Assembly (NCBI RefSeq): GCF_006345805.1
Contig: NW_021833942.1
Coordinates: 1-64,000, forward strand
Source: Octopus sinensis
Lineage: Eukaryota
DNA: 64,000 nt
Reading direction: 5' to 3'
The position numbers and the translations under genes are program-made. The notes beneath the pieces were generated by a model. It was given only the letters and a program-made list of their open reading frames with translations, searched no databases and was not told where the DNA came from. Positions 39,324-53,136 of the stretch are shown piece after piece. Each line of letters opens with the position of its first letter. Within the stretch, counting starts at the first letter, position 1.

Positions 39324-39397
39324 ATATATATAATATATGTGTGCATATTGAAACATATGTATATATATAGCTATATATAATATATATATCTCAGTAT

Positions 39398-39429
<32 letters not shown>

Positions 39430-39432
39430 AAT

Positions 39433-39465
<33 letters not shown>

Positions 39466-39467
39466 CA

Positions 39468-39519
<52 letters not shown>

Positions 39520-39665
39520 CAAATTAGTAAATAAATAGCACAACTAATACCGATATTTACTGGAAATAGCGAACGTAAAAATACGACGCTAATGTGTAGC
39601 TCACACGCGTATGTATTAGCAAAAATGCGTGTGTGCAACAAAATAAAGATAAAAAACCGTCTTAC

Positions 39666-39680
39666 CTCCAGGGAGAACAT
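39666..39680 (-). CDS. Candidate 15-nt micro-exon (ATGTTCTCCCTGGAG)
   Basis: GTGTTTCATCTTTCAG acceptor and GAG/GTAAGA donor, length 3n, all three frames open. Confidence 0.35.
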
Positions 39681-40530
39681 CTGAAAGATGAAACACCCGG
39701 AATATATATATATATATATATATATATAGGTAGATACATACGCATATATATATATATATATATATACCTGCATGTGTGCATACGCACATATAAATGTACA
39801 TGCGCTCACACACGCACATACACACACGCACGCATGCACATACGTATTCATAGTTTGGGGTACAAACGTACTCACGACGGGTAGTAGAGTACATTTATTT
39901 GTTTATTCGTTATTAATATTTTGGGTATAATTCTCTGTGGATGTCGATATTACTATTCTGGCGAGTCGCAATGAGATTTCATGTCACGAGGTTCCCTCCT
40001 TAAATCACCCTACTTCATAAACTCCTCATCGACGTGTTTTCCAGGTGAAATTAAACAGCCAAATGTGAACCGTTTATTGTCGTACAACACGACGGGGAAA
40101 GTCTCTGATGGTGAGTCAGTGGTTAATGAAAGGGTATGAAGCACTATCTAGAAAATTCCAGTTTGTCGTATATTTTATTAATACGTTCCAGCAAGTATTT
40201 ATACAAAGGAAGTATTGGTCGAATATCCATTTATCATAGTTTCTCTTGCTACGTGTTAAATGGAATCAATGAATAGTTTCAATACGCTGTAGAGGGCATA
40301 AAATCCAGCAACCGGATATTAACTCCACTCCCAGCAACCGAGATACCCTCCAAAATTTTCAATCAAATATAAACATATACATACATACATACACACACAT
40401 ATACATACTTACACGCACACACATATATATATATACACACATAGATACATATATATATATCTATATATATAATATATATAATATATACAACATATTTATA
40501 TGTATACATATATATATATATATATGTATC

Positions 40531-40568
<38 letters not shown>

Positions 40569-41090
40569 GATAAATATATATACATATATATATACATTAT
40601 ATATATATATATCTATAATATATATTATATATATATATATATATATCGGACGAACAGTCAATCATATTTCAACATAAAACGCAACAAGAATATCGATTTG
40701 TTATAGTCAAACAGTCCTGTATTTTTTCTACTTTCCTTTAAGAGCTGCCATCTATTTCGACGTGCCAAACGGGATAATGTCGGAAATGCTAATAATAATA
40801 CAAAGGGCGAATTAACGTTCGGATATTCATCTGAAGACGAAAGCAATGGGCTGAGGGAATCGTTTAGGAGTCGATATTTGTTCCAGCTCCAAGTTCTGAG
40901 TTCAAATCCCTCCGATGTCACCTCTTCCCCTCATCCTTTCAGGATCGATAAAATAAAGCGCCAATCAATCACTGGGGTCAATTAATTTCAAGCCTTCTGC
41001 CTCGGGTACGAACTATTTTTAGAACGAATTTCTATGTTTATCGCAGACATGCTTCTCCTTTCCTCCTATTACTCACCTATATAACACTGT

Positions 41091-41395
41091 GTGTGCAGGC
41101 ACATGGCCTAGTGGTTAGAGCAGCTGATTCGCGGTCGAGGGATTGCAGGTTCGAATCTCAGACCGGGCGATATGTGTGTTTATGAGCGAAAGACCTAAGC
41201 TCCACGCGACTCCGGCAGAAGTTAATGGCGAACTTCTGCGAACTCCTTCGCCACAACTTCCTCTCACTCTTTCCTCCTGCATCTTGCAGCTCACCTGCGA
41301 CGGACCGGCGTCCCGTCCAGGTGGGGAACCTTATACGCCAAGGAAACCGGGAAACCGGCCCCTATGAGCCAGGCGTGGCTCGAGAAGGAACGAAC
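41091..41395 (+). mobile_element. SINE family E (family-R-like head, different tail)
   Basis: TSD ATATAACACTGT at 41079-41090 and 41396-41407; tail GGAAACCGGGAAACCGGCCCCTATGAGCCAGG. Confidence 0.88.
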
Positions 41396-42730
41396 ATATA
41401 ACACTGTTGTTTCTACAGTTTCTACAGTTTCCTGAAACTGTTTTATAATAAATATATATTCTTTATCTGTAGAACTATTAACTTAACACAACAGGTGTTC
41501 TACCAGGTATTATGCCTTTTCTTATTCATACACCTTCCTTTACTTTCTGAAATGAAGTGTAATCCGGCGTTGATTTGGCTTGTTTCATCCATCTGCTGCT
41601 GATGAAATAATTTGATGACTTTGACATTTGAATATGTCCATTTATAAATGCTTCCATCTATGTGCCTGATTCCATCTATGGTCTCCAATAAATTTATCGA
41701 TGGTGATTCCACCCAAATGTAAACACATTCCTTGAAATATAATCGAAGTAATAACAAATTGAATGACAAATGCAGAATTATACGAAGGTTCTCATGTTAC
41801 TAGATGACTGATGTGGCGTCAGAAATGATCAGTCTCAATCACAAAACTCGACGATTCATTTCCTTTTCCTATCAAATGATATGATGTTCTTGTTTCTTCT
41901 CTATCACTCCTTCTTCAGTATTACTCTCTAACGGAATTGTTTCACTTCAGGTTATCTCCTTCAAGTTATTTTTGCATTAAAATTGCAAATGGAGTGTTTT
42001 TTAAAAAAAATTTTTGTTTTTTAACTCCCAACGTTAGACATCTCAGACGAATTATTTTTTGCTCATACATCTTTCTTGGAATGATTAATGCCGTTTCATC
42101 TTTATTTAAAAGCTACTTCTTACTACTCGCTTTCACCGGAAAGACTCAAAGCATATAATGAAGACATCATTAGATAAAAGAAATTAATCATCCGGCTTAG
42201 ATTTGCTGAAAAATCTCAAATCTCTCTTCAGCCAAAATTAACAAAATATTAATTAAAATGTTAATTATCATCAATAAATATAATAGAACTTCCAGAAAAA
42301 AACCATGACGTGCTCAGTGGAGCAAATAGCAAAGAACCGTGATTCAACTGCCATTCTTATCGAGTATTTTCATATATTTTCCACTATTTAATCTCTCCGA
42401 ACATCCAAAATTCTTCCTTACTTCTTCTCATTTTCTGACAGCGCCTTTCATCATGATGATTATAACTCTTCATAAATCACTACTTCTTTCCTTGTCTCTT
42501 TCCTTTTTATTTATTACCTCCGCCTTAGCGAAGGCAGAGGTATTGTTTTCATTCATGTTTTTGCTTTTTATATTTTCCCGCTTAATTCGTTTCTGATAAT
42601 TTTTCTTTACCTTACTCTATTATATTTTCTTTTTCTTTCACTTCTCGTTTTTCGTTCTTCCCTCTACCACCTTTTCCATATATCATTTTCACCACAAACT
42701 TTCCAAAAATCATTAACACATTTTTTAAGC

Positions 42731-43335
<605 letters not shown>

Positions 43336-43971
43336 TTATTTGTGACTTTGTATTTTAGGTTTGAAAATTTGCTTCCAGCATGTTTACAATTTTCGTTTCA
43401 TGTTATTTATCTTTCACCATATTAGTCAATCGTCTGCTCATTCATTTTGTCACCTAGTTTCACCCCAACCTTCTTCACTCACTCGTCTAAATTTACCTTC
43501 TCTCTATTCGCCTTCCTTTCTTTATCTCGCTATCTCTGTGTATTCTTTTTCCTGAAGTCTGTAACCAGGCTGCTCATAAGCATTATCATTCAAGTTTTCA
43601 CAATATTTATCTTCCCATCTTCAATTTTATCTCTCAAAATTTGCCATTATTTTGTTTCACCTCCGGCAATATATGTCTCTATAGCAATCTATTTGTCGCT
43701 CTGTTTGTCAAAATATTCATCAAACCATTTGTTTTTTCGTCTGCCTGGTTGTCCGCTTTCAGGATCTCGTCACAGATAACGTTATTACATGCCATTTTTA
43801 GATTTTAAACACGCCTAAAGGGAGTTGTCAAAAACTAATTACAAGGATAGTTAAGTTGGTCAAGGTTTTCAAAGTGACTCCATTATACATGTGAGACCTG
43901 AAAAGAATTAATTTTTCATTTATTAAATAACATTGCTCAAACTAACATCTTGTTGGTTTCATAACTTTCTA

Positions 43972-44058
<87 letters not shown>

Positions 44059-44277
44059 CACATATGTATGTTCGCAGATATATACACGTATATATATATA
44101 TATATATACACATAAACATACATATCTATCTATCTGTCTATCTATTTATCTATCATTCTACTTATCTATGTCTATTCACACACACATACATACACCACAC
44201 ACATAAATATAGATATAGGACCCTGTCGGTTACGAATGACCATAGATTGTATCTAGGAAGTTCCTCTCGGAGGCATG

Positions 44278-44339
<62 letters not shown>

Positions 44340-44344
44340 TTTAT

Positions 44345-44376
<32 letters not shown>

Positions 44377-44752
44377 GTAAATATAATATCTAGTTATACA
44401 TTATATGTATAAATAATATATATATATACATATTTATACATACATACCATTATGTATATATATATATATATATTATATATATATATATATACATACACAG
44501 ATACATACACCACACACGTATATATGCGACAATTAATTTGGCTTTTCTAATCGAACAAATAAGAACTAATACCTTACGCAGACTAACGTATGAATACTAA
44601 CCCCATTGCCACCACCACCACCACCACCACCACCACCACCACTACCGCCACCGCCGCCGTCATCGCCAACTCCCACCACCATCAGCAGAATTTTTTGTAT
44701 TGAAATGATAATGAGAAGAAAATTCATTAGGGGTAGAGAACCCCTATTAATA

Positions 44753-44819
<67 letters not shown>

Positions 44820-45149
44820 GGGGTAGAGAAACCAAATTGGTACAATTCGAATGAAAGCATGCTGTGGGAAGCGATTCCAATCATTGTTCAGTATCATGAA
44901 GACAGTCGATACGTTTCGTTTGCATTAGACCTCTTCAGCGATGAATTGTCTTACTAAAACTCATCCTGGTAAAATATGGCAATATAAACACTTTCAAAAT
45001 ATAGTTTTTGAGTGATGCTTTCTGCAACATTAACCTGAGCTCCGAGAGATTTAAATCCCATACGTAATGAACAGAACATGATAATTCTTATCAACAGAGC
45101 TAGTGTCTGTTGATAATTCCAAAATACGTGTTTAAATATGTGTGTCTGT

Positions 45150-45340
45150 GATTGATCGCTAGCCACTAACCATTTTATTTTATTTTCTCTATCTGCTTAT
45201 TACTGTGTTCCTTTCTGTCGAAGAGCGTAGGCTCGAAACATAAAAGACTTTCTCACTTCCCGAGCGTTAAACTAATACATCTGTTTGTTGTTTACACACC
45301 TGTCTTCGTCTTCTGTTTTCTTTTGTAAATTCCAACTATA
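45150..45340 (+). mobile_element. Penelope-type terminal unit with hammerhead-like motif (45210-45248)
   Basis: CTTT-CTGTCGA-A-GAGC-GTAG-GCTC-GAAACATAAAAG. Confidence 0.65.
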
Positions 45341-45373
45341 TATATATATATATTTATAATATCTTTGTGTGTT

Positions 45374-45405
<32 letters not shown>

Positions 45406-45447
45406 TGTATGTATGTATGTATGTATGTATGTATGTATGTATGTATG

Positions 45448-45485
<38 letters not shown>

Positions 45486-45803
45486 CCTACCTATCTATCT
45501 ATCACTCTATCTATCAATCTATATGTCTGACATATATTAATATATATTATATATATATATAGATATATATATAGTTACATACTCATAAAACAAAAATTTA
45601 TTTATTATCTATGTTTATCCTTACACGCATACACTTATATTATGTACATATATACATTACATTCATAAATAATGGGTATATATATATATATATATATGTA
45701 GTATGCATGTTATGTATGTATATGTATATGGGTAGAAATCTTTATTCTACATATATGTATGATATGCATATATGTACATGCATATAGTATGTATATATAT
45801 AAT

Positions 45804-45846
<43 letters not shown>

Positions 45847-46125
45847 TACATATATATGTATGTGTATACATGCATACATATCCGCGATCTAGGTTCCAAC
45901 AAACCCTAGATTTATAAGTAATTAACTTTTCTGAGGAAATATGTATTTGATTCTGAATTTAGGTGTATTTTTCCGAAGTGAAATCAGAGGTTGCTCTTTA
46001 TTATGGCTTCTTATAATACTTCAATCTAAATCCTAACATCAGTACAATATACTAGCGCATTCACGCAAATACATAAATAGATAGTTGCATACATACTGTT
46101 GTTGTTATTATTATTATCATTATTA

Positions 46126-46183
<58 letters not shown>

Positions 46184-46195
46184 CATCATTATTTT

Positions 46196-46554
46196 TCTTC
46201 TTCTTTCAAATTTGCTTCCATTTCTTGCCGAGTGTCTTCCCGACTCCTAGGGCAAAGAAACTCATAGTATACATTGGTAGCCCATTAAACTAAACTCAAT
46301 AGTTCGTTCAGTTTTTTTTTTGTTTTAAGTTAAATTAAAATACATGGGTAGTAATAGTTCTCACATCGACAATGCTCTTCTCAATACGTGTGATGTACCA
46401 GTTAGACAATATTTTGCACTTCTGCAGGATGGTAAGCCAGGGATCATTCTCATATAATTTCGGTTCCCTTCTTGATCATTCCTATTGTTCCTACGATCAC
46501 TGGTATTGTAACCGCCTTGAGATGCCACATTTTCTCAATTTCAATGAGCAGGTC

Positions 46555-46556
<2 letters not shown>
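46196..46556 (-). mobile_element. R4/Dong-clade 3' end (family 2) inside (TAA)n
   Basis: KDLLIEIEKMWHLKAVTIPVIVGTIGMIKKG..MIPGLPS..VQNIVLTGTSHVLRRALSM* (small frameshifts); (TTA)n on both sides. Confidence 0.85.
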
Positions 46557-46625
<69 letters not shown>

Positions 46626-46824
46626 TACTTACTTTTAATCTGCATGTTTGTTACAATCACTTGCCAAGACACACCCAGCATCCTGGGGTGAGTGAAGGAT
46701 AAGAGATGTTACAGTATGACTGAAAGATGAAGCACCGCCTTTAGTCGAACATATCGCCCCCAGGACTTATTCTTTGGAAGCCTAGTACTTATTCTATCGG
46801 TCCCTTTTGCCGAATGTTTTCTTC

Positions 46825-46935
46825 CCTCTTTTCATATTAAGTACTGAGCGTTGAGTAATCCCAAATTCCATACCGATGTCCCTACCAAACATCTGGACTG
46901 TTTTGGTTAAGGAATCTATCTGTTTATTTCAGATA
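46825..46935 (-). mobile_element. R4-clade RT fragment
   Basis: KQIDSLTKTVQMFGRDIGMEFGITQRSVLNMKKR matches QLDSL..TV..FS.DIGMEFG..KCAVL.MKRG. Confidence 0.7.
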
Positions 46936-47093
46936 TCCCACCATGCTGTAAACCTTACTGTAATCACTGAAAACTTCTTTCATTCATTCGCATCATGGAT
47001 TACATTCGCAGCTTGGCGTAGAGGAACCTTAAAACAAACCACTAACCTCAATGAGCGGGATAAATCAAAACTACTATATATATATATATATAT

Positions 47094-47472
47094 ATATTTC
47101 TTTACTACCCACAAGGGGCTAAACACAGAGGGGACAAACAAGGACAGATAAAACGGATTGAGTCGATTACATCGACCCCAGTGCGTAACTGGCACTTAAT
47201 TTATCGACCCCCGAAAGGATGAAGGGCAAAGTCGACCTCGGCGGAATTTGAACGCAGAACGTAACGGCAGACGAAATACCTATTTCTTTATTACCCACAA
47301 GGGGCTAAACACAGAGGGGACAAACAAGGACAGACATAGGTATTAAGCCGATTACATCGACCCCAGTGCGCAACTGGTACTTAATTTATCGACCCCGAAA
47401 GGATGAAAGGCAAAGTCGACCTCGGCGGAATTTGAACTCACAACGTAACGCAGATGAAATACCGCTAAGCAT
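47094..47472 (-). mobile_element. Two tandem SINE family B copies
   Basis: Unit TATTTCTTTA.TACCCACAAGGGGCTAAACACAGAGGGGAC... starts at ~47094 and ~47281. Confidence 0.9.
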
Positions 47473-47520
47473 TTCGCCCGGCGTGCTAACGTTTCTGCCA
47501 GCTCGCCGCCTTTATATTTA

Positions 47521-47552
<32 letters not shown>

Positions 47553-47561
47553 ATACTCTTA

Positions 47562-47965
47562 CTCTTTTACTCTTTTACTTGTTTCAGCAGTCCTTTGACT
47601 GCGGCCATGGCTGGAGCACCGCCTTTAGTCGAGCGACTCGACCCCGGGACTTATTCTTATTTTGTAAGCCCAGTACTTATGCTATCGGTCTCTTTTGCCG
47701 AACCGCTAATAACGGGACATAAACACACCAGCATCGGTTGTCAAGCAATGCTAGGGGGACAAACACAGACACAAACAAACACACATACATATATATATAC
47801 ATATATACGACAGGCTTCTTTCAGTTTCCGTCTACCAAATCCACTCACAAGGCATTGGTCGGCCCGGGGCTATAGCAGAAGACACTTGCCCAAGATGCCA
47901 CGCAGTGGGACTGAACCCGGAACCATGTGGTTGGTTAGCAAGCTACTTACCACACAGCCACTCCC
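47562..47965 (-). mobile_element. SINE family A
   Basis: Reverse complement of 1162-1584. Confidence 0.9.
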
Positions 47966-48116
47966 TATATATACACACACACACACATATATGTATCTGT
48001 ATGTGTATGTGTGCTTGTTGGTAAGAAGAGATGGCTGTATGTGTTCTATTCCAGACATGTCGTTTCACGTTGGTGTCGTGGGTGTTGAAGGGCATCGTAC
48101 ACACACGCAGAAACTC

Positions 48117-48980
48117 ATATGTATGTATGTGTGAGTATGTATGTATGTATGTATGTATGTATGTATGTATGCATGCATGTATGTATGTATGTATGTATGC
48201 ATGTATGTATGTGTGTATGTATGTATGTATGTATGTATGTATGTATGTATGTGTGTATGTATGTATGTATGTATGTGTGTATGTATGTATGAATGTATGT
48301 ATGTATGTATATATGTATGTATGTATGTGTGTATGTATGTATGTATGTATGCATGTATGTATGTATGTATGTATGTATGTATGTGTGTATGTATGTATGT
48401 ATGTATGTATGTATGAATGTATGTATATATGTATGTATGTATGAATGTATGTATGTATGTATGTATGTATGTATGTATGTATGTATGTATGTATGTATGT
48501 ATGCATGTGTGTATGTATGTATGTATGTATGTATGTATGTATGTATGTATGTATGTATACATGCATGTATGCATGTATTTATGTATGTATGTGGTGTATG
48601 TATGTATGTATTGTGTGTGTGTATGTATGTATGTATATGTATGTATGTATGTGTTATGTATGTATGTATGTATGTATGTATGTAGTATGTATGTATGTAT
48701 GTATGTGTGTATGTATGTATGTATGGTGTATGTATGTATGTATGTATGTGTGTATGTGTGTATGTATGTGTGTATGTATGTATGTATGTTGTATGTATGT
48801 ATGTATGTATGTATGTTATGTATGTGTGATGTATGTATGTATGTGTGTATGTAGTATGTATGTATGTGGTATGTGTATGTATGTGTGTATGTATGTATGT
48901 ATGTTTGTATGTATGTATGTATGTATGTATGTGTGTGTGTATGTATGTATGTATGTATGTGTGTGTGTGTGCATATGTAT
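48117..48980. repeat. (TATG)n array, ~860 bp
   Basis: Direct reading. Confidence 0.96.
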
Positions 48981-49201
48981 GTTGTGAGTTACATATAATT
49001 GATGTGCCCTTTTCGATATAAATCTATGTACAATCTATCTTATATATTTTTTGTTTTGTTTTTTGATTTCCAAAAGCACGTTTGCAATATTGCGATAGAC
49101 AGAAAGCATCTGAACTAATATATTCTATGAGTTATTGCTTCCAGAATTTCCAGTAATTGCACTTAATTACAACAACAGCAACATCAGCAATGTTTGTAAT
49201 A

Positions 49202-49316
<115 letters not shown>

Positions 49317-49419
49317 CAACAATGGTGTAAATTATCAGATTTTATTGAATTGGCCGCTATGGCCGGTGGCCAAAGATTCTGACATAAAATCGGATAAGAA
49401 TTGCTTCAATCTGGCAATG

Positions 49420-49640
49420 TATGACTTTGGCCTAGACACCGTAATCTAGGACAAGACAGTGGAGACTACTGTGGACATGAGGTAAAAGTGTTTAGGTATA
49501 AATATGGGGAACTAGAACGGAAATGTCTGTAATTGACCCTTTTCTTTCCAAGAGGTCGAACCGAAGGAGGTGGAGATGATATTAAAGAAAGGCTTGCAAT
49601 TCAAGAAAGCATGGCTAGGGACTGGAAGCAAAGAATAAAA
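49420..49640 (+). mobile_element. RTE-like LINE remnant (tentative)
   Basis: DFGL..DKT and GGGDDIKERLAIQESMARDWK resemble the post-YLG region GG..DI..RI..A....WK. Confidence 0.35.
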
Positions 49641-49654
49641 ACCACTTACAATAA

Positions 49655-49878
49655 TCGTTTCCAATTTTTGGCACAAGGCCAGCAATTTCGGGTGGAGGGA
49701 TAGGGTCGATTATATCGACCTTAGTAATTAACTGGTACTCGTTTCATCGATCTGCAAAAGGATGAGAGGCAAATTGAACCCTGTGGGGAGGAGATTTGAA
49801 CTCAGAACATAAAGACGGACGAAATGCCGCTAAGTATTTTGCCCGCCGTGCTAACGATTCTCTTAACTCGCTGCCCTT
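49655..49878 (-). mobile_element. SINE family B (diverged)
   Basis: GAATCGTTAGCACGGCGGGCAAAATACTTAGCGGCATTTCG on the minus strand. Confidence 0.75.
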
Positions 49879-50154
49879 TAATCAATAACAGTAACAGACG
49901 TCTAAGTTTGATACAAATTTACATGACCAAATGCTTTTTTTTTATATATAATAGCAGGAGTTACAATTTTGTAAAGAGCAAAATATAACTCAGCTGGAAG
50001 TTGTTCATGAAATAATTCCAGTTCAATGATTCAACTAAAACATTTGACTCACTGAATACAAACACTCACCATATATCTACCACTCACGAAAAAGGTCAAG
50101 CCACATAGCATTAACTCCTAGTAGTTATAACTGGACAATATACATAGCATATAA

Positions 50155-50806
50155 GGAGGCGAGCTGGCAGAAATGTTAGCACGCCGAGCGAAATGTTTAG
50201 CAGTATTTCGTCTGTCTTTATGTTCTGAGTTGAAATTCCGCCGCGGTCGATTTTGTCTTTCAGCCTTTAGGGGTCGATAAATTAAGTATCAGTCGCGTAC
50301 TGGGGTCAATGTAATCGACTAGTTCCCTCTCCAAAAAATTTCGGGTCTTGTGCCTAGAGAAGAAAAGAATAGACACTTCGTCTTTATGTTCTGGGGTCAA
50401 TGTAATCGACTGGGGTCAATGTAATCGACTAGTTCCCTCTCCAAAAAATTTCGGGTCTTGTGCCTAGAGAAGAAAAGAATAGACACTTCGTCTTTATGTT
50501 CTGAGTTCAAATTCCGCCGAGGTCAGCTTTGTCTTTCAGCCTTTAGGGGTCGATAAATTAAGTATCAGTTCCGTACTGGGGTCAGTGTAATCGACTAGAC
50601 CCTTCTCCAAAACATTTCGGGCCTTGTGCCTAGAGAAGAAAAGAATAGATACTTCGTCTGTCTTTATGTTCTGAGTTCAAATTCCGCCGAGGTCAGCTTT
50701 GCCTTTCAGCCTTTCGGGTTCGATAAATTAAGTACCAGTTGCTTACTAGAGTAAATCTAGTAGACCAGTCCCCACTACCCAAATTTAGGGCCTTGAGCTT
50801 AGAGTA
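50155..50806 (+). repeat. Head-to-tail array of SINE family B bodies (~170-bp units) behind one head
   Basis: One GGCGAGCTGGCAGAA head; TTCGTCT..TTTATGTTCTG..GTAATCGACTAG..GTGCCTAGAGAAGAAAAGAATAGA repeated, one unit internally deleted. Confidence 0.88.
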
Positions 50807-51448
50807 ACACATGCTGATACTTCAATATTTAAGGTAGTAACAACAATAACACACAAACTACGAAATCGTCATTCTTAAACGCACATACACTCTACACTCG
50901 CCGTCCGACTGTAAACAACGATACAGAAAATCACATGGGATCTACAAAAGATAGACAGACATAACACATCTCACACTACATACGTTACACACAATAAACG
51001 GAACAAATTCAAGCATTAGAAACACGGGAGCAAATCCCATATTCATATAAAACTGGTGTCACATACCAATGGAATTCCCAATATTTGCTTCAAAAGACAA
51101 TATTCTAGACACCTTAAGAATACCGAGGTAAGCCTGGTAGCATTCCATACAACTTTTATCAAATAAGATAATAGAAAAGGCATAATCCTTCTTACTTATC
51201 CTTTATCATTCAATGTAATAAGTATATATATATCAATAATCCCTTCCTCTCGTTCTCAATATTAAATATAATCTCCAGATGGATTCCCTGCTGATCAATA
51301 TTGGATGATGATACGATAACACTAAAAGCTGGTCTTAGTTTCTTTCCACAAACATCAATAGAGAGAAATATAATTATACCATATAAACAGGCAAGTAATA
51401 TTTAGAGACATTAACAGACACACACATACACATACAACTCGCATATAC

Positions 51449-51539
<91 letters not shown>

Positions 51540-51670
51540 GAAAGAAGGTTTGAAAATGCAATTTTAAAGATGCTTATTCACTTGACCGGTTTCACATTTT
51601 TAGAAAAAAGATTGTCAACAGTAAAATGTAAAAGCTTTGTAAAAACTTTGCTGTGTTAAATACTTGTTGT

Positions 51671-52065
51671 CACAAAAAAATTACACTACATATATACATT
51701 CTTTGATAATAAATAGAAAATGATAAAAACAGTTTACAGAAAAAATCTTGAGAAATCATTAAAAAGTTCATAAAAAATATTAGGATCTCATGAAAAATCA
51801 TGTTTGTTTGGAAGCATCTATATATATACACAGAAAATTATATCTTCAAAAAGGTCATATTTTGGTAGTATATATATATATATACTACCAAAATATGACC
51901 TTTTTGAAGATATATATATAGATACTTCCAAACAAACATGATTTTTAATGAAATCCTAATATTTTTTATGAACTTTTTAATAATTTCTCAATTTTTTTCT
52001 GTAAACCGTTCTAACATTTTCTTCTTATTATCAAAGAATGTATATATGTAGTGTAATTTTTTGTG
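51671..52065. repeat. ~395-bp foldback with perfect 76-bp palindromic core (51839-51914)
   Basis: Arms are reverse complements with scattered mismatches; (TA)n centre. Confidence 0.92.
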
Positions 52066-52230
52066 CCTAATATTTTAATGAACTTTTTAATATTTTCCCA
52101 AGACATTTCCTTGCAAACTGTTTTTAAAATGTTCTTATTATTATCAAAGAGAGAGAGAGAGAGAGAGAGAGAGTGTGGAATAAAGTGGCAAAGAATGAGG
52201 GAGTACGTATTTTTTTTTCAATTGTTTTAT

Positions 52231-52417
52231 TCATTTCGTTGTGATAATGGCTGCCTGTTTAACTCTTGCAAGTGAAGCCTCCCTAGAATAAACTGCGTCT
52301 AAAACATCCTTATGGGAAAACCTATTGACAATGGGCTCAGCCTTTTCAACCTGGTATTGATTTAGAAGCATTCGTAATCGCTGCTGCATATAAACATTCC
52401 CAACGTTAATTCCTGTT
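52231..52417 (-). CDS. Probable terminal coding exon of an unidentified gene (TGINVGNVYMQQRLRMLLNQYQVEKAEPIVNRFSHKDVLDAVYSREASLARVKQAAIITTK*)
   Basis: Acceptor TTTTTTTCCCCCCGCTTCCAG, 61 complex codons, TGA overlapping AATAAA (52226-52231). Confidence 0.6.
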
Positions 52418-52919
52418 CTGGAAGCGGGGGGAAAAAAAGCACTTCGCCGTTTCAAGGTTAGAGATGTTGGAAAGATCTCGTAATTACCAACTAAAATGAA
52501 TAACTATACGAAGTGAAAATCCTATTTTATATGAGTTTAATCTTTTTCAGTGCCACTGCAGATTTTAAAACTCTCTATTATAACATTTATCACATATAAT
52601 AGATATATTCTCAGTGAAAAACACATTTGAATGAAATAAGGAATGTTGAGACTTCAGCTGAATATAATCACTCATATAAACTCGCGTTGGCAAGGATTCA
52701 GATTAAAATTTCTCATCTCCAGATGAAGAGCGTTGGCAGTGAGTTAGTTACAAGAATTTGTGACACATGAAAGGCTTTACATTTTTGTTTTGCATAGAAT
52801 TATATTTATATATTGTGTTCATTTTCATTTGATGCATTCATACACGCTTACATACACAAACATGCATATATATACATATGCATACATTCATACAAACTTA
52901 CAAATATCCACACACATAT

Positions 52920-53102
52920 ACATACATGCATGCATACATACATACATACATACATACATACATACATACATACATACACACATACATACATACGTACGTA
53001 CGTACGTACATACATACATACATACATACGTACGTACGTACATACATACATACGTACGTACGTACATACATACATACATGCATACATACATACATACATA
53101 CA

Positions 53103-53136
<34 letters not shown>

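Noticed and set aside
41078-41445. Minus-strand 38-nt exon (ETVETVETTVLY) visible after removing SINE E
   Set aside because: Interrupted by a SINE and repeat-like; probably chance
50155-50806. CRISPR-like regular repeats
   Set aside because: Units are SINE bodies without unique spacers; eukaryotic context with no cas genes
50880-51200. Penelope GIY-YIG remnant (HMGSTK)
   Set aside because: Too degenerate to call without a search
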